From: a phage
Strand: one strand, 5' to 3'
DNA length: 64,000 nucleotides
NCBI GenBank assembly: GCA_029220445.1
Contig: GCA_029220445.1_3666.1
Position 1 is the stretch's first letter; the number at the start of each line of letters is the position of its first letter. Both the position numbers and the translations under genes were made by a program. The notes beneath the pieces were generated by a model. That model saw only the letters and a program-made list of their open reading frames with translations, made no database searches and was not told the origin of the DNA. This document shows, piece by piece, positions 27,451 to 38,092 of the stretch.

Positions 27451-27924
27451 TTAGTCAACCTGAACCCAACCATCTGCTGCCTTTTTAAACATTCTTTGGT
27501 TATCACTACCTCTGAAGGGTTTTTTGGTGGGGTTATCTTTTTCGTACTTACCATCCATAATGTAATCGACACTATCTTTAATGTAATCGGGAACCTCTTC
27601 AAACAAATACCCTGTGTACACCCAGATAGTTTTTGTGTTGCCGAAGTGTTCACGGATAGCGCGAATGATCGAGTACATACCATCAATATTGTAAGGCGCT
27701 AAAGGTTCGCCACCGCATAATGTAACGCCAGTAATGTGTTTCGGCTCTATAGAGTGAAGTATGCTCTCAATAGTGTCATTTGTTAACGGTTCCCCTTTAG
27801 CTGGTGACCAAACACTTTTGTTTTGGCAACCGACGCAGTGATGTGGGCAACCAGAACAGAACACCGTTGTCCTAATGCCTGGGCCGTCAACCATGCTACA
27901 CTCTATAATATTAACAACATTCAT
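27451..27924 (-). CDS. nrdG: anaerobic ribonucleotide reductase activating protein (radical SAM)
   Basis: N-terminus DGPGIRTTVFCSGCPHHCVGC with Cys cluster; 157 aa; next to nrdD. Confidence 0.8.
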   Translation of the reverse strand: MNVVNIIECSMVDGPGIRTTVFCSGCPHHCVGCQNKSVWSPAKGEPLTNDTIESILHSIEPKHITGVTLCGGEPLAPYNIDGMYSIIRAIREHFGNTKTIWVYTGYLFEEVPDYIKDSVDYIMDGKYEKDNPTKKPFRGSDNQRMFKKAADGWVQVD

Positions 27925-28157
27925 TCCTTATCCTCTTTTAGGTAAGGATATTCAGGCCCACAATAAGCTCTATCCAAGAAAACAGCTTCTTCCCCTCTGG
28001 AATCAGTAGATCTATAATACCCATCACCATGGTAACTAACGAACCAGTGGCACCCATCATCGCTTTCTACTGTTGTGGCTCTGTCCGAATGAAAGATAAT
28101 TTCGTAATCCTTACCGAATGTAAACCATCTGTTAGCTTTTACACAGACACCTATCAT
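27921..28157 (-). CDS. hypothetical protein (78 aa)
   Basis: ORF between homing-endonuclease-like gene and nrdG. Confidence 0.45.
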   Translation of the reverse strand: MIGVCVKANRWFTFGKDYEIIFHSDRATTVESDDGCHWFVSYHGDGYYRSTDSRGEEAVFLDRAYCGPEYPYLKEDKE

Positions 28158-28477
28158 AAGGAACCTCTCTTCTGTGATGTGCTTCTATTCAAGATAAACC
28201 TATAAAAGTCCATTTGATGAAGCCGTATAACTTTTTATACTTACGCTTCAGTGCTAACAATTTTATCTTGATTTTCTTGATAGATTTCCGCATTTCGACC
28301 CCTTATGCTTATAAGTACTCCGCATCGCATTCAGGGCAATGACAAATAAAATCGTCCAGTGCCTTGCACCAACGAAGATTGCAACGACAACCACACTTGC
28401 AAATTTTATAAATACCTGATGACATACTGCACCTCCTTAGTTAATAGCATGTTTAAGATATGCATATCTTTCTACAA

Positions 28478-29605
28478 TCATTTACCACAAATCTTCTTGT
28501 ATACCTCTTCTACCGTGTCAAACACTTCAGGCCTGTAGTAGAAAAACTCAGTGCTACCGTCAAATTTTACAGGAAAGTTTATTTTATACTTGCTGAAGGC
28601 CTTATGCACAGATTTTTCTAAATCTGCCATGTTTTGAGTTGATCCTTCCCACGTTTTCGCCAGGTAGAGATCATAAATACCTGCCCCTGCCCTTTTGGCA
28701 CTTTTCAATATCCTATCTTTTCTCTCTTCGACACTGACGCTAATACCGATCTTCATAAGTGTTGGTACTTCTAAGTCATCAACCATAATGTAAAGTTTGC
28801 CGTGATTGTACGATAAAAAGCCGTAGTTAGCACATCTAGGGCACCCATGTCCTTGCTTGAGCCTAATAGGAGCAGGAGACCATTCATAATCACAAATCTT
28901 ACATCTACATAATACTTTTGCACTACCGTTTTTAATTTTTCCAAGCACTTTAATACTTGGATTGACAACCTTTATATGCCCTACCCATTCCACATGGGAT
29001 CTCTTTGCATTGCCTTTACATCTAGGACACCCATGCCCTCGTTTAAGATGGGATGGTCTTGCTAGCCATTCATGACTGCAAATTTTGCATCGTGCCAATA
29101 CTGGTGTATCGCTATTTTTAACTCTTTCTACTATTTCAATATATGTATTTTTCTTCGTTATGTCCTCGACCCACTCGGTATGGGCTATAGCTCTGCTTTG
29201 TGCGAATTTTAGCTTGCCGCATCTAGGGCACCCATGTCCTTGTTTAAGAAGATAAGGCATTGCTGACCATTCATGACTGCAAATTTTGCAGCGGCACGGC
29301 ACTTTTGTTCTGCAGCTTATTATTTCTCCAATCACTTCGACATAAGGATTGACCTCTTGGATAACATTCAACCACTCCTTGTGTGGTATAATGTGGCTTT
29401 GTGCCATTTTTAGCTTTCCACATTCCCGGCAGCCTCGTCCTGCAAGGTGTTGGTGGGTAGCTTGTTCAAATTCTCCATGATATGGGCAGATAATTATAAC
29501 CTTGGTGCAGGCATTTACATACTCAACCTTAGAGTAATCATACTTATCTCCATGAACTGCTTTTGCCTTCTTTATAAACTCATCTGTTGTAAGTTTTCTG
29601 GACAC
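28478..29605 (-). CDS. putative free-standing homing endonuclease-like protein: four tandem zinc-ribbon repeats plus C-terminal GIY-YIG-like (T5orf172-type) domain
   Basis: Repeats CPYHGEF...GRGCRECGK / CKICSHEW...GHGCPRCGK x3; C-terminal GKLYIM...KIGIS...R block; inserted between nrdD and nrdG. Confidence 0.6.
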   Translation of the reverse strand: MSRKLTTDEFIKKAKAVHGDKYDYSKVEYVNACTKVIIICPYHGEFEQATHQHLAGRGCRECGKLKMAQSHIIPHKEWLNVIQEVNPYVEVIGEIISCRTKVPCRCKICSHEWSAMPYLLKQGHGCPRCGKLKFAQSRAIAHTEWVEDITKKNTYIEIVERVKNSDTPVLARCKICSHEWLARPSHLKRGHGCPRCKGNAKRSHVEWVGHIKVVNPSIKVLGKIKNGSAKVLCRCKICDYEWSPAPIRLKQGHGCPRCANYGFLSYNHGKLYIMVDDLEVPTLMKIGISVSVEERKDRILKSAKRAGAGIYDLYLAKTWEGSTQNMADLEKSVHKAFSKYKINFPVKFDGSTEFFYYRPEVFDTVEEVYKKICGK

Positions 29606-29671
29606 TGCTGAACCTTCTTAGCTCTAATCTTTGAACTAAGTGTGCCACATCCTTGTGGCTTTTGTCAAGTA

Positions 29672-31795
29672 TCAGCAACCACAACTTCCGTAGTGCTTAA
29701 CCCGTTCTATAACTTCCGCTTGCTTACCTTTATTGTAAGGACGGGAGTTAGGACTGGAAAGGTATCCAGACACTCTTCGGATCACTGAGATATATTGTTC
29801 ATCGTGGCATCCGCACGCAGGGCAGCAGAACCCTTTAGCTGTTGCACTGAACTCACCAGAGAAACCACACTTGAGACATTTATCCACAGGTTGGTTAATA
29901 CCAAAATACATAATGTGTTTATACCCGAAGTCAACAAGAGCCTCTAAAGCATCAAGGTTGTTTTTCAGGTTAGGTGTCTCTACGTATCCGATGTTGCCAC
30001 CGGAGGAGATCATAGCAAAACCTTCCTCATACTCCCACTTATCAAAAGGAGAGCTATTGATCCATACTGGCTGATGGAAACTGTTGGTGAGATATTCATG
30101 CTCGTGCTTTAACACTTCTGGATATTCACGATCCAGACAGGTTGCAGCTTTATAGCATAGACTCTCAGAAGGAGTGCCGTACAAGCTAAATGCTAGTCTA
30201 CTTTCCTTCTTGTATCGCTCACAAGCATCTCTCATGTGCTGAAGGATTCCAAGAGCTAAAGCCTTGTCACCTTCTCTGCCCAAAATCTGACAGGTTTCAT
30301 ACACACCAATGTACCCAATGCTGATGGAAGCGTACCCGTCATAGAAGAGTTTATCAATACTCTCTTCAGGGTCCAGGCGAGCAAGAGCGCCTTCACACCA
30401 CATGATAGGGTTCTGCCCTGCCTTTGTCCCTTTTAGACGATTAACCCTTACAAGGTGAGCCTCGTATGCAAGATCCAGGTATTCGTCAAGAACTGCAAAG
30501 AAATCAACACCTTCCGTTTTAGCTTTTGCCGCAATCATTGGCAGGTTAAGGCTAACAACGCCTAAGTTAAATCTGCCAAGGTATTTCTCCTCGCCTGTTT
30601 CCAAGTCATTGTATTTGCTAAGAAAACTCCGGCAACCCATGCTCGTTACTTTACCATCTGTCGAGCCTGTCACTTTACGATTTAGTGGAACAGAAACAAA
30701 GTCAGGATAAATCCGCTCTGCAGAGCATTCCAGAGCTAATCGTTTCAAATCATAGTTAGGATCTCCAGGGTTCATGTTGACACCCTCTTCTAGGAAGAAC
30801 AACACTTTAGGGAACACAGGTGTGATACGTTCTTCACCAAGACCCATTTTGTGGACTTTCAAGTAGTTTTTGGTAATCATTCTACCAAAGACTGAGGTGT
30901 CCAGACCTAAACTTAATGTGATGAATGGGGTTTGCCCGTTGACAGAAGTTAACGTATTGATTTGATAGAGCAAAGTCTGCATGCTGTCAAATACGTCTTT
31001 ATCTGTCATCTGCATTGCAACAGTCTCAGCATCTGGCAACCAATGTTCCTGGCAAAATTTAAGGTTCTTCTCATAAGTCGCCTCAGCATACTGTGCCAGA
31101 TAATGATCAATATGGCTCATAGTCTGACCCCCATATTGAGCACTAGCTACCGCACTAGAGATTTGGCTAAGGATTGTTGTTGCAACCCCTATTGACTTCG
31201 GCTTACTGACATGGGCGTTACCAATGTTGAATCCGTTTTCCAACATATCTGGATAATTTACCAAACAACAGTTTGTTAACGGACTGATCAAGTAGTCAAG
31301 ATCATGCACATGGATGAAGCCTTTATTGTGCTCTTCTGAGACACGGTCTGGCAGGATCTGTGTTGATGCAAGGTGTTTGCTAAGGATGCCTGCAAGCAGG
31401 TCACGATGAGTGTGTACATGATTGGTAGGCTTATTTGCGTTTTCTTTTGTAAATTCATCACAAGTTCGATCCAAGAAGCCACTAATATCTGCAAGCAGTT
31501 TTCCACCTGCCTCTCTGTTATTATCTCTTGTCTGTCTATACTGGATGTATTCTCTGGCTGCACATTTTAAACCCATATCCATAAGAGCATCTTCAACAAG
31601 GATATGGATATTTTTTACAGAGATCGTGCACTGGTCGGTTGGTAGATTGTTAGCAACAACTTCATTAACCGCACAAGCGATCCGGTAAGCTTCTTCTTCA
31701 GTATGTCCAGACTCAAGTAAGGCGGACTCTGCCGCCTTGATCACCTTAATTCCGTTATAGACCTCTTCTCTACCGTCCCGTTTTACAACTTTCAC
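29672..31795 (-). CDS. nrdD: anaerobic ribonucleoside-triphosphate reductase (class III)
   Basis: 707 aa; C-terminal glycyl-radical motif RVSGY and Cys cluster; adjacent nrdG. Confidence 0.9.
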   Translation of the reverse strand: MKVVKRDGREEVYNGIKVIKAAESALLESGHTEEEAYRIACAVNEVVANNLPTDQCTISVKNIHILVEDALMDMGLKCAAREYIQYRQTRDNNREAGGKLLADISGFLDRTCDEFTKENANKPTNHVHTHRDLLAGILSKHLASTQILPDRVSEEHNKGFIHVHDLDYLISPLTNCCLVNYPDMLENGFNIGNAHVSKPKSIGVATTILSQISSAVASAQYGGQTMSHIDHYLAQYAEATYEKNLKFCQEHWLPDAETVAMQMTDKDVFDSMQTLLYQINTLTSVNGQTPFITLSLGLDTSVFGRMITKNYLKVHKMGLGEERITPVFPKVLFFLEEGVNMNPGDPNYDLKRLALECSAERIYPDFVSVPLNRKVTGSTDGKVTSMGCRSFLSKYNDLETGEEKYLGRFNLGVVSLNLPMIAAKAKTEGVDFFAVLDEYLDLAYEAHLVRVNRLKGTKAGQNPIMWCEGALARLDPEESIDKLFYDGYASISIGYIGVYETCQILGREGDKALALGILQHMRDACERYKKESRLAFSLYGTPSESLCYKAATCLDREYPEVLKHEHEYLTNSFHQPVWINSSPFDKWEYEEGFAMISSGGNIGYVETPNLKNNLDALEALVDFGYKHIMYFGINQPVDKCLKCGFSGEFSATAKGFCCPACGCHDEQYISVIRRVSGYLSSPNSRPYNKGKQAEVIERVKHYGSCGC

Positions 31796-32070
31796 TTTTT
31801 CTCTCCAAAACCATTCTTAACAAAAGAGATGAAATCGTCGGCACCGCCTATATGGACACTTTCAAGATTGCTTTCTAAGAAGATCTGCGGCAACGTTCTG
31901 GGTACGATTGGACTGCACTTCTCAATAAGCTCTTCTTTTGTGTAACCCTCGCCAAGTGTCTTATATACAAAAGGCAGACCTTTACTGACTGCAAATTCTT
32001 TTGCTCTTACACAATGTGGGCAGTTATCTTTACCGTAAATAATAAAGAAAAAAGATTTTTCACAGCTCAT
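31792..32070 (-). CDS. glutaredoxin/thioredoxin-like redoxin (92 aa)
   Basis: CPHC active-site motif in IYGKDNCPHCVRAK; between nrdB and nrdD. Confidence 0.7.
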   Translation of the reverse strand: MSCEKSFFFIIYGKDNCPHCVRAKEFAVSKGLPFVYKTLGEGYTKEELIEKCSPIVPRTLPQIFLESNLESVHIGGADDFISFVKNGFGEKK

Positions 32071-32073
32071 GTA

Positions 32074-33162
32074 TTAAAACTCCCAAATTTCTTCTTCAGC
32101 GTCATTAACAGTTGTGTTGACGCGGTAGTCAGTGTTCGACATTTCTTGGTTCGCCGTCTGTTGCAATGAAGGTTTCATCCACACCTGCATAAACGGTAGA
32201 GGGTCCTTTGTTGGCGGCACAAAGTCTTTGTCGATGCCGTAGTAATCATAAATCGGTGAGCAGTTATAGTCAACCCATTCTTTAAGCAACGGTGAGTTAA
32301 GACCTATAATCGCTCTTCCTTCGCTGAAAATATAGTCACTCCAACCGTACTCTTTGGTTCGTACTTCATCAAGAATCTCTTTTAACTCCCCTTTTATCTC
32401 AAGGAAGCTTTTCTCCCATGCTGGATCATTAAGCAGGATATCAATGATGGCAAAATCACCTTTCGAGTGTAGCATTTCGTCAAGCATGATTTTTTGAACA
32501 AGCTGCGCCACCTGAACAAAAATACCCTGTTCAGCTACTGCGAAAGTGCATGCAAAACTTGCAATAAACTCAATACTTTCCAGAGCTAAAAGTGCAAAAA
32601 GCGCTCTAAGAATGCATTTCCGCACAATATCTTCTTCAACACTAGAAGGATCCAGTCGGTATTTTGCACCAATAACCTCAAGCTCTTGCATGTACTTGAC
32701 AATAACGCCAGATCTGCTCAGAACGTTTTGGTTTTCCTGAATCTCTTCTATAATCTCACGGGCATTGGGGAGGCATTGTCTAACAATCTCTGAGTAAGTT
32801 AGTGCGTGAAGAACTTCAATCTCTGACTGTTTCATCAATAGAGTGAAAAGCTCACTATTAGTGATGAATGGTGAAAAGAGGCAGATGATCGATCTTGCCG
32901 CAACGCTATCAGCCTCCCATTGCCACATCAAGGTCTGCACCATTACATCATAAGTTGACTTGGAGCATGTTACAAAATCTGAAATAGATTGCGACAAATC
33001 CACTTCATCCTCTGCCCAGTCTTGTTCTTTTTGTTTTTTGTACAGTTCGAACAGTTGTGGATATTTTTTGTTGATAGAGTCGTACATACCCATTTGCTGT
33101 CCCAGAAACAGCGGATAGTCACCAGTTTTATGAGCGGTGTTCTCAGCATTAAATACAGCCAT
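32074..33162 (-). CDS. nrdB: ribonucleotide reductase class Ia small subunit
   Basis: Di-iron/tyrosyl-radical family by context and length; ATG 33162 with GAGGTAG RBS preferred over track start 33222; directly downstream of nrdA. Confidence 0.85.
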   Translation of the reverse strand: MAVFNAENTAHKTGDYPLFLGQQMGMYDSINKKYPQLFELYKKQKEQDWAEDEVDLSQSISDFVTCSKSTYDVMVQTLMWQWEADSVAARSIICLFSPFITNSELFTLLMKQSEIEVLHALTYSEIVRQCLPNAREIIEEIQENQNVLSRSGVIVKYMQELEVIGAKYRLDPSSVEEDIVRKCILRALFALLALESIEFIASFACTFAVAEQGIFVQVAQLVQKIMLDEMLHSKGDFAIIDILLNDPAWEKSFLEIKGELKEILDEVRTKEYGWSDYIFSEGRAIIGLNSPLLKEWVDYNCSPIYDYYGIDKDFVPPTKDPLPFMQVWMKPSLQQTANQEMSNTDYRVNTTVNDAEEEIWEF

Positions 33163-33200
33163 TATTCTACCTCTAAAATGGGGCCGAAGCCCCTTTAAAA

Positions 33201-35516
33201 TTATAGTGCACAGCTTTCGCAATACGGATCTTCAACTGAACTATCTGCAATCAAAGGATAGTTCTTTCTGGTTTCATCTTCAGCCTGTTTCTTGGCATGA
33301 AGTTCCTCTGCCAAGGAGTCACCCGCACCAACCCTGGAGTTTAAATAATACCATGTCTTCATTCCGAATTTAGTGGCACGGATAAGGTACCCTAGCTGCT
33401 CCTTCATTGAAATTTTACCATCTTTCAACTTGGTGTAGTCTATGTATAAATCCGCGCTGATTGCCTGACCTGTAAATTTTTGAATCACAGCATACATATC
33501 GATCATGTCGTTAGTATCAACGTCCCAAGCCGAGGTGTAATACTCTTTCAACTCATCATAGTCAGGAACGATAAACAGCACCTGCCCTTGTGGCGACTTT
33601 TTAAAGATAATGTGCTCACGGACAGGATAAACCCCGTTAGTGGTGTTTGTTGCCAGCGAAGAGCTTTCATTAGGCATATATGCTTCAAGAACGCTATTAC
33701 GTAGCCCACCATTTTCAATGATTTCTTTACGTAACCCTTCCCAATCCTGTTTAAGAGAAGGATCTTTCACCACGCTATCGACCTCTTTGTTATAGGTGTC
33801 GATTGGTAACCAACCCTCCGGGTATTTTGTTTTATGCATCCACTCACAGACACCACGCTCTTTTGCCAATCGTAAACTTGCCTTATGCAAACTGTAGCTG
33901 TGAAGTTCTGCAAGATCGTGAACAAGCTGTTTACTTTCAGGAGATCCGTAAGTAACCTTGTGGCTGGCAATAAAATGTGCAACATTGGTAAGGCCAACTC
34001 CGATGGATCTGCGTTTTTTAACAGTGCTCTCCATATTTTCATACGGATATGTCATGATTTCCATAACATTGTCAATCATAAGCACCGTGTAATATGCAAC
34101 ATCCTCATACTCCTCTGGGGTAACCCTTCCGGCTACAAGGGATGACAGGAAGCACAATGCAACTTCGCCATCATCAACATCGTGCTTGAAGATATTACGC
34201 ATATCTGAATAGCCTTTTGTCGGGAGGGCTATTTCTGCACACAGGTTACTTGAATAGATCACATCTTTAAAAGGTGTATGTCTATTCATCTCATCTGTCC
34301 AATATACGTACAGTCTTCCCACCTCGGTACGCTGCGTGATCAGCTCAACAGCAAGATCTCTAGCTCGGATCCATGTTTTAGGAATACTGTCATCTTTAGC
34401 GATACGATCAACCTCTGCATCAAACTCCTCCATAGACATGGTGAAGATACCCTCATGCAGTTGAGGAGCGTGCTTATAAGAAACAAGCATCCAATCTAAA
34501 TTCTTAGCCACACGGTTGATAAACGACCTATTAATACCGATGGAGTAGTCCATGGTGTTGATTCTTTTTGAAGCAACAGTCATAGGGTTTCTCAAACGGA
34601 TTAGCTCATCAATCTGCGGGTCCAGTGCAAGGAATGATACTGTTGCAGAACCGCCACGTGATTGTTGTCTGTTCTCCTTAACACCAGCATCAATACCTCG
34701 ATAATATGGAATCTTACCCATATGTTTAATAGTGTTACCACGAACACCATCGCCTGCAGATCTTGAGGATAAGTAGTAGCCGATACCTGCTTGGTTAACC
34801 GTCATTGTGTACGCAACTTCACGTGCCACACCAATAGATTTTGCTGTATCGTCAGCTTTTATTACACAACAAGATGCATACCCTGTCTTACCTGTGCGCA
34901 GCCCGTTTAAGTACGGTGTCGGGGCATTGATCTTTAAGTCGGACAGATAAGTGTATAATTTTACAACATCGTTGATACGACGTTCTTTCGGCATATTCTT
35001 CATGACAGCCATTGCTATCCCCATAAACATCATCTGGGGAGATTCAAACAAGGTGTCTTTAAGAGTATCCTTGATCCCGTATTTGTCGCGAAACTGTTTA
35101 AGGACTGCATAGCCATAACCGAGATCTTTACTGTGGTCAATAACAGCGTCTAAAGTGTTTAGCTCGGTAAAGCTATAACCCATATCCTCCCAATAACCTT
35201 TCTCAACCATGTCATTGTAAAATGATGGTAAGGAAGGGATCTTTGTAAACCCTCCAAAAGCCTCTTTATAGATCTGACCAATAAGAACACGACCAGCCAT
35301 ACGGGAATGTGCTTCGTCTTTACGGCTAACACAAGAGTCTATAATAGCTTGGTTAACTTCTTTGGTTGTACATCCATCATACAACCGCTTGTAGGCATCC
35401 AGTGCAATATGTGACCAATTGCCGTTACCGTCGTCACCGAAAATAGCTGCCTTATTTAAACGTTCTGGATCGAATGCCACTTCACATCCGTTGCTTTTAA
35501 TTACCTTGGTGATCAA
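33201..35516 (-). CDS. nrdA: ribonucleotide reductase class Ia large subunit
   Basis: 771 aa; N-terminal ATP-cone; conserved RNR alpha blocks (LNSRVGAG, NLCAEI). Confidence 0.9.
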   Translation of the reverse strand: MITKVIKSNGCEVAFDPERLNKAAIFGDDGNGNWSHIALDAYKRLYDGCTTKEVNQAIIDSCVSRKDEAHSRMAGRVLIGQIYKEAFGGFTKIPSLPSFYNDMVEKGYWEDMGYSFTELNTLDAVIDHSKDLGYGYAVLKQFRDKYGIKDTLKDTLFESPQMMFMGIAMAVMKNMPKERRINDVVKLYTYLSDLKINAPTPYLNGLRTGKTGYASCCVIKADDTAKSIGVAREVAYTMTVNQAGIGYYLSSRSAGDGVRGNTIKHMGKIPYYRGIDAGVKENRQQSRGGSATVSFLALDPQIDELIRLRNPMTVASKRINTMDYSIGINRSFINRVAKNLDWMLVSYKHAPQLHEGIFTMSMEEFDAEVDRIAKDDSIPKTWIRARDLAVELITQRTEVGRLYVYWTDEMNRHTPFKDVIYSSNLCAEIALPTKGYSDMRNIFKHDVDDGEVALCFLSSLVAGRVTPEEYEDVAYYTVLMIDNVMEIMTYPYENMESTVKKRRSIGVGLTNVAHFIASHKVTYGSPESKQLVHDLAELHSYSLHKASLRLAKERGVCEWMHKTKYPEGWLPIDTYNKEVDSVVKDPSLKQDWEGLRKEIIENGGLRNSVLEAYMPNESSSLATNTTNGVYPVREHIIFKKSPQGQVLFIVPDYDELKEYYTSAWDVDTNDMIDMYAVIQKFTGQAISADLYIDYTKLKDGKISMKEQLGYLIRATKFGMKTWYYLNSRVGAGDSLAEELHAKKQAEDETRKNYPLIADSSVEDPYCESCAL

Positions 35517-35743
35517 TTTGCTTCCTCCACTTCATTAACGTATTTATCAAGGCAGGTATCAGTATCTTGCTGGATAAAGGTATCCTCTTCTACAGAGATA
35601 TTTATAATTTTACCTGTATACTCGTCATAATAAACATCATCATACATTTTAATATCGTTTGTCAGGCCGTTGAACCAAAGCCAACCAACATACTCTGCCC
35701 GACTTGCAAAACCAAGATCCTTCCACTTGGAGTTATGACTCAT
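35513..35743 (-). CDS. hypothetical protein (76 aa)
   Basis: ATG 35743 with AAGGTGG RBS preferred over overlapping track start 35821. Confidence 0.4.
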   Translation of the reverse strand: MSHNSKWKDLGFASRAEYVGWLWFNGLTNDIKMYDDVYYDEYTGKIINISVEEDTFIQQDTDTCLDKYVNEVEEAN

Positions 35744-35753
35744 CTTCACCACC

Positions 35754-36215
35754 TTAGCTTTCAATACCGAATAATTTTTCCAGGCGATGCAGATCTTCAA
35801 AATTGAAAGGTTCATCAACAATATGAATATCTTCAGCCTTTTCAGATTGTTTTGTATACTTTCTTACATTAACACGATCCTCTACAGGGATATCATACGG
35901 AAGATCTTGAACAAGCATTGCCTCACCGGGTGCTTTATCTACATCTAAAATATCTACACCGTTATACATTTGCGGGTATCTAAAGTCTGCACGCATGACA
36001 CCAGCAAATACATCTGCCTTTCGATAATGTGTTGGCTTATTTTTGCATCGAACGTTTTTTCCACGAAGAACATCAATACTTTTTAAATCAAACCCTACGG
36101 CAAAGAGTGCAGCTCGGAGACCGTTTCGTGTGCGAACGTTAAACCCGGGAACGGTAGATAGGAAATCCAAAGTAACTGAAATAAATGTCTTTTTAGGAAT
36201 CATAACATTACTCAT
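35754..36215 (-). CDS. hypothetical protein (153 aa)
   Basis: ATG 36215 with GGAGA RBS; track start 36254 lacks RBS. Confidence 0.5.
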   Translation of the reverse strand: MSNVMIPKKTFISVTLDFLSTVPGFNVRTRNGLRAALFAVGFDLKSIDVLRGKNVRCKNKPTHYRKADVFAGVMRADFRYPQMYNGVDILDVDKAPGEAMLVQDLPYDIPVEDRVNVRKYTKQSEKAEDIHIVDEPFNFEDLHRLEKLFGIES

Positions 36216-36313
36216 ATCTGTCTCCATTTCTGGCTCACTAACAAAGTGAGCCATTATTATAGATTATCTGATACTATTAGTCAACACAAAAGTTACCTAT
36301 CGCTGTGATAGGA

Positions 36314-37297
36314 TTAACCTTTCACGAAGTGGTTATTAAGCAGTTGTCTGTGCTGAACCCACCCACAAAAGTTGGCAGACCAGAATTTACCATCACGGTC
36401 TTGATGGGTTACACCTTCCTGCCAAGTACTGATGTCTTGTGTGATTTCACATGAAGACAGGTAGTAGTTTAAACGTTCCATTGCGTTATCGTGATCCATA
36501 GGTGTTGCCTGGTGCTCGTAAGGGCTTGCATGAATACGATCCCCACCAATCAATTTTTTAGCCACACTGTCTGCCTTTTCAAACGTGCTGTCAATATTTC
36601 GATAAGATACTTGTGCACAGCAACTAGCACTGATAGACAGAGCTTCTTTAGTATCGAGAATGCAGAGCTTTCCTTCTGTGTCACGCACAGCGTAGTTAAA
36701 CTCTCCGTCCAAATAAACGTGCTCTACATATGGGGTGTGCCATTGACCCGGTTTAAGGATTTCAGGAGTGCTATTCCCAAGAGCCTCCCACATACAATTA
36801 GCCAACATCTGAATCGTAGGATCCGCATCGTGCCAGCAACGGAGGTGGAAAAAATTGTTCCACTCGGTGCTTGTTACAACTGTTTTCATGCGCTGAAAAG
36901 GCTCCACTAAGCGGTTACATACTTGCTTATGGTAACCAGCAAGTGCGAACTTCTCTGCATGCCAAGCGGCGTTTTTTGCAGCCTCTTTCCAAAACTCTTC
37001 AGGAGTTAGCTCCATGTCAGTGTACTCTACACGGATCTTTTGATCGTGTTCCCCACCATCCTCCATTCCTCGCTTATTTACACCGAAGCGAACTGGCATT
37101 GCCGGATTCTCCACAATCTGTTGCAGCATCTTGCCGACAGGTACTGCACGGGAAGACATGGCGTTTCGGCTGAACACTCGGTGCGTCATAAGCTCTGAGT
37201 GAATAATTCGAGGATACTCTAGTTCAAAAGTGGTGATACGCTTACCTTTCTCGGAAATGCTGTCAGCAATAATCTTTGCAGTGCACAGTTTTAGCAT
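36314..37297 (-). CDS. thyX: flavin-dependent thymidylate synthase
   Basis: ThyX signature HR-x7-S (THRVFSRNAMSS); 327 aa. Confidence 0.8.
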   Translation of the reverse strand: MLKLCTAKIIADSISEKGKRITTFELEYPRIIHSELMTHRVFSRNAMSSRAVPVGKMLQQIVENPAMPVRFGVNKRGMEDGGEHDQKIRVEYTDMELTPEEFWKEAAKNAAWHAEKFALAGYHKQVCNRLVEPFQRMKTVVTSTEWNNFFHLRCWHDADPTIQMLANCMWEALGNSTPEILKPGQWHTPYVEHVYLDGEFNYAVRDTEGKLCILDTKEALSISASCCAQVSYRNIDSTFEKADSVAKKLIGGDRIHASPYEHQATPMDHDNAMERLNYYLSSCEITQDISTWQEGVTHQDRDGKFWSANFCGWVQHRQLLNNHFVKG

Positions 37298-37497
37298 TAT
37301 TTAGCTCTCCTTGTTTTAATTTTGGAAATTTCGTCTGGGTTTATGTTGGCCTTAAATGCAAGGTATCTGTTGAACATGTCAGAGCACATATCTTGGGTGA
37401 TCCTAGAGGCATACACTAGCTTACCTCCCAGATCATACACCTCTAGCCAGTCACCGTATCTGACTACAGGATCGCCACCTTTAGAACATCTGCCCAT
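37297..37497 (-). CDS. hypothetical protein (66 aa)
   Basis: ORF with stop/start overlap to thyX. Confidence 0.45.
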   Translation of the reverse strand: MGRCSKGGDPVVRYGDWLEVYDLGGKLVYASRITQDMCSDMFNRYLAFKANINPDEISKIKTRRAK

Positions 37498-37498
37498 T

Positions 37499-38092
37499 TC
37501 AAATACCTTCTAAAAACTTTCCTATTTTATACCAGCTATTAGCGGTATAGTCAACACTGACCTTTAACTCCTCGAATTGCTCATAAGGCGTATCTTTTAG
37601 GATTTTAATAACTTCAGGTCGTGAAGCGAATTGGTTCAGGTATTCATGCCTGTCATCAATTATAACATCTACAGCCACATTTCCTTTGAAATGTGTGGCG
37701 TAGAAGCCGTGGCCCTGGGTGTGATCGTCCAGATCCATAAAATCACTGGTCCAACGCTTTAAGAACCTTGATTTAGATGCAAGGTGGCCTTTCTTGCATA
37801 CCGAGATAAATGCAAGCTTGTGACCACGAGCCACCAAATCTTTCATAACCTCAATAGCCCCCTCTTCAGGCTTAAGGAAGTCGTAGAGGAACGGGTCACT
37901 CCAGAAATCAAAAGGCCCTATGATGTTTTCTTTGGGGCGATCAGGCCAATACTTCGACAGATCGTAATACATTAGCCCATTAGAAGGTTTAGCGACTGTC
38001 TTACTGGCTGGACCATACAAACGCTCCAACCACTCCCACCATGCTGTTCCTGAATCTACCAGTGTCAAATCTACATCAATTCCGATTAACAT
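37499..38092 (-). CDS. HAD-superfamily phosphatase, 5'(3')-deoxyribonucleotidase-like (197 aa)
   Basis: HAD motif I DxDxT (IGIDVDLTLVDS); nucleotide-metabolism neighbourhood. Confidence 0.5.
   Translation of the reverse strand: MLIGIDVDLTLVDSGTAWWEWLERLYGPASKTVAKPSNGLMYYDLSKYWPDRPKENIIGPFDFWSDPFLYDFLKPEEGAIEVMKDLVARGHKLAFISVCKKGHLASKSRFLKRWTSDFMDLDDHTQGHGFYATHFKGNVAVDVIIDDRHEYLNQFASRPEVIKILKDTPYEQFEELKVSVDYTANSWYKIGKFLEGI

Noticed and set aside
29871-35516. Many 60-90-aa ORFs antisense or out of frame within nrdD, nrdB and nrdA (e.g. 30962-31195, 32546-32740, 33480-33704, 33885-34145)
   Set aside because: Shadow ORFs inside long, well-supported RNR genes.
27451-37297. Group I or II introns within nrdA, nrdB, nrdD or thyX, as in T4-like phages
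   Set aside because: All four reading frames are continuous with the expected motifs; the only insertion is the free-standing endonuclease-like gene between nrdD and nrdG.
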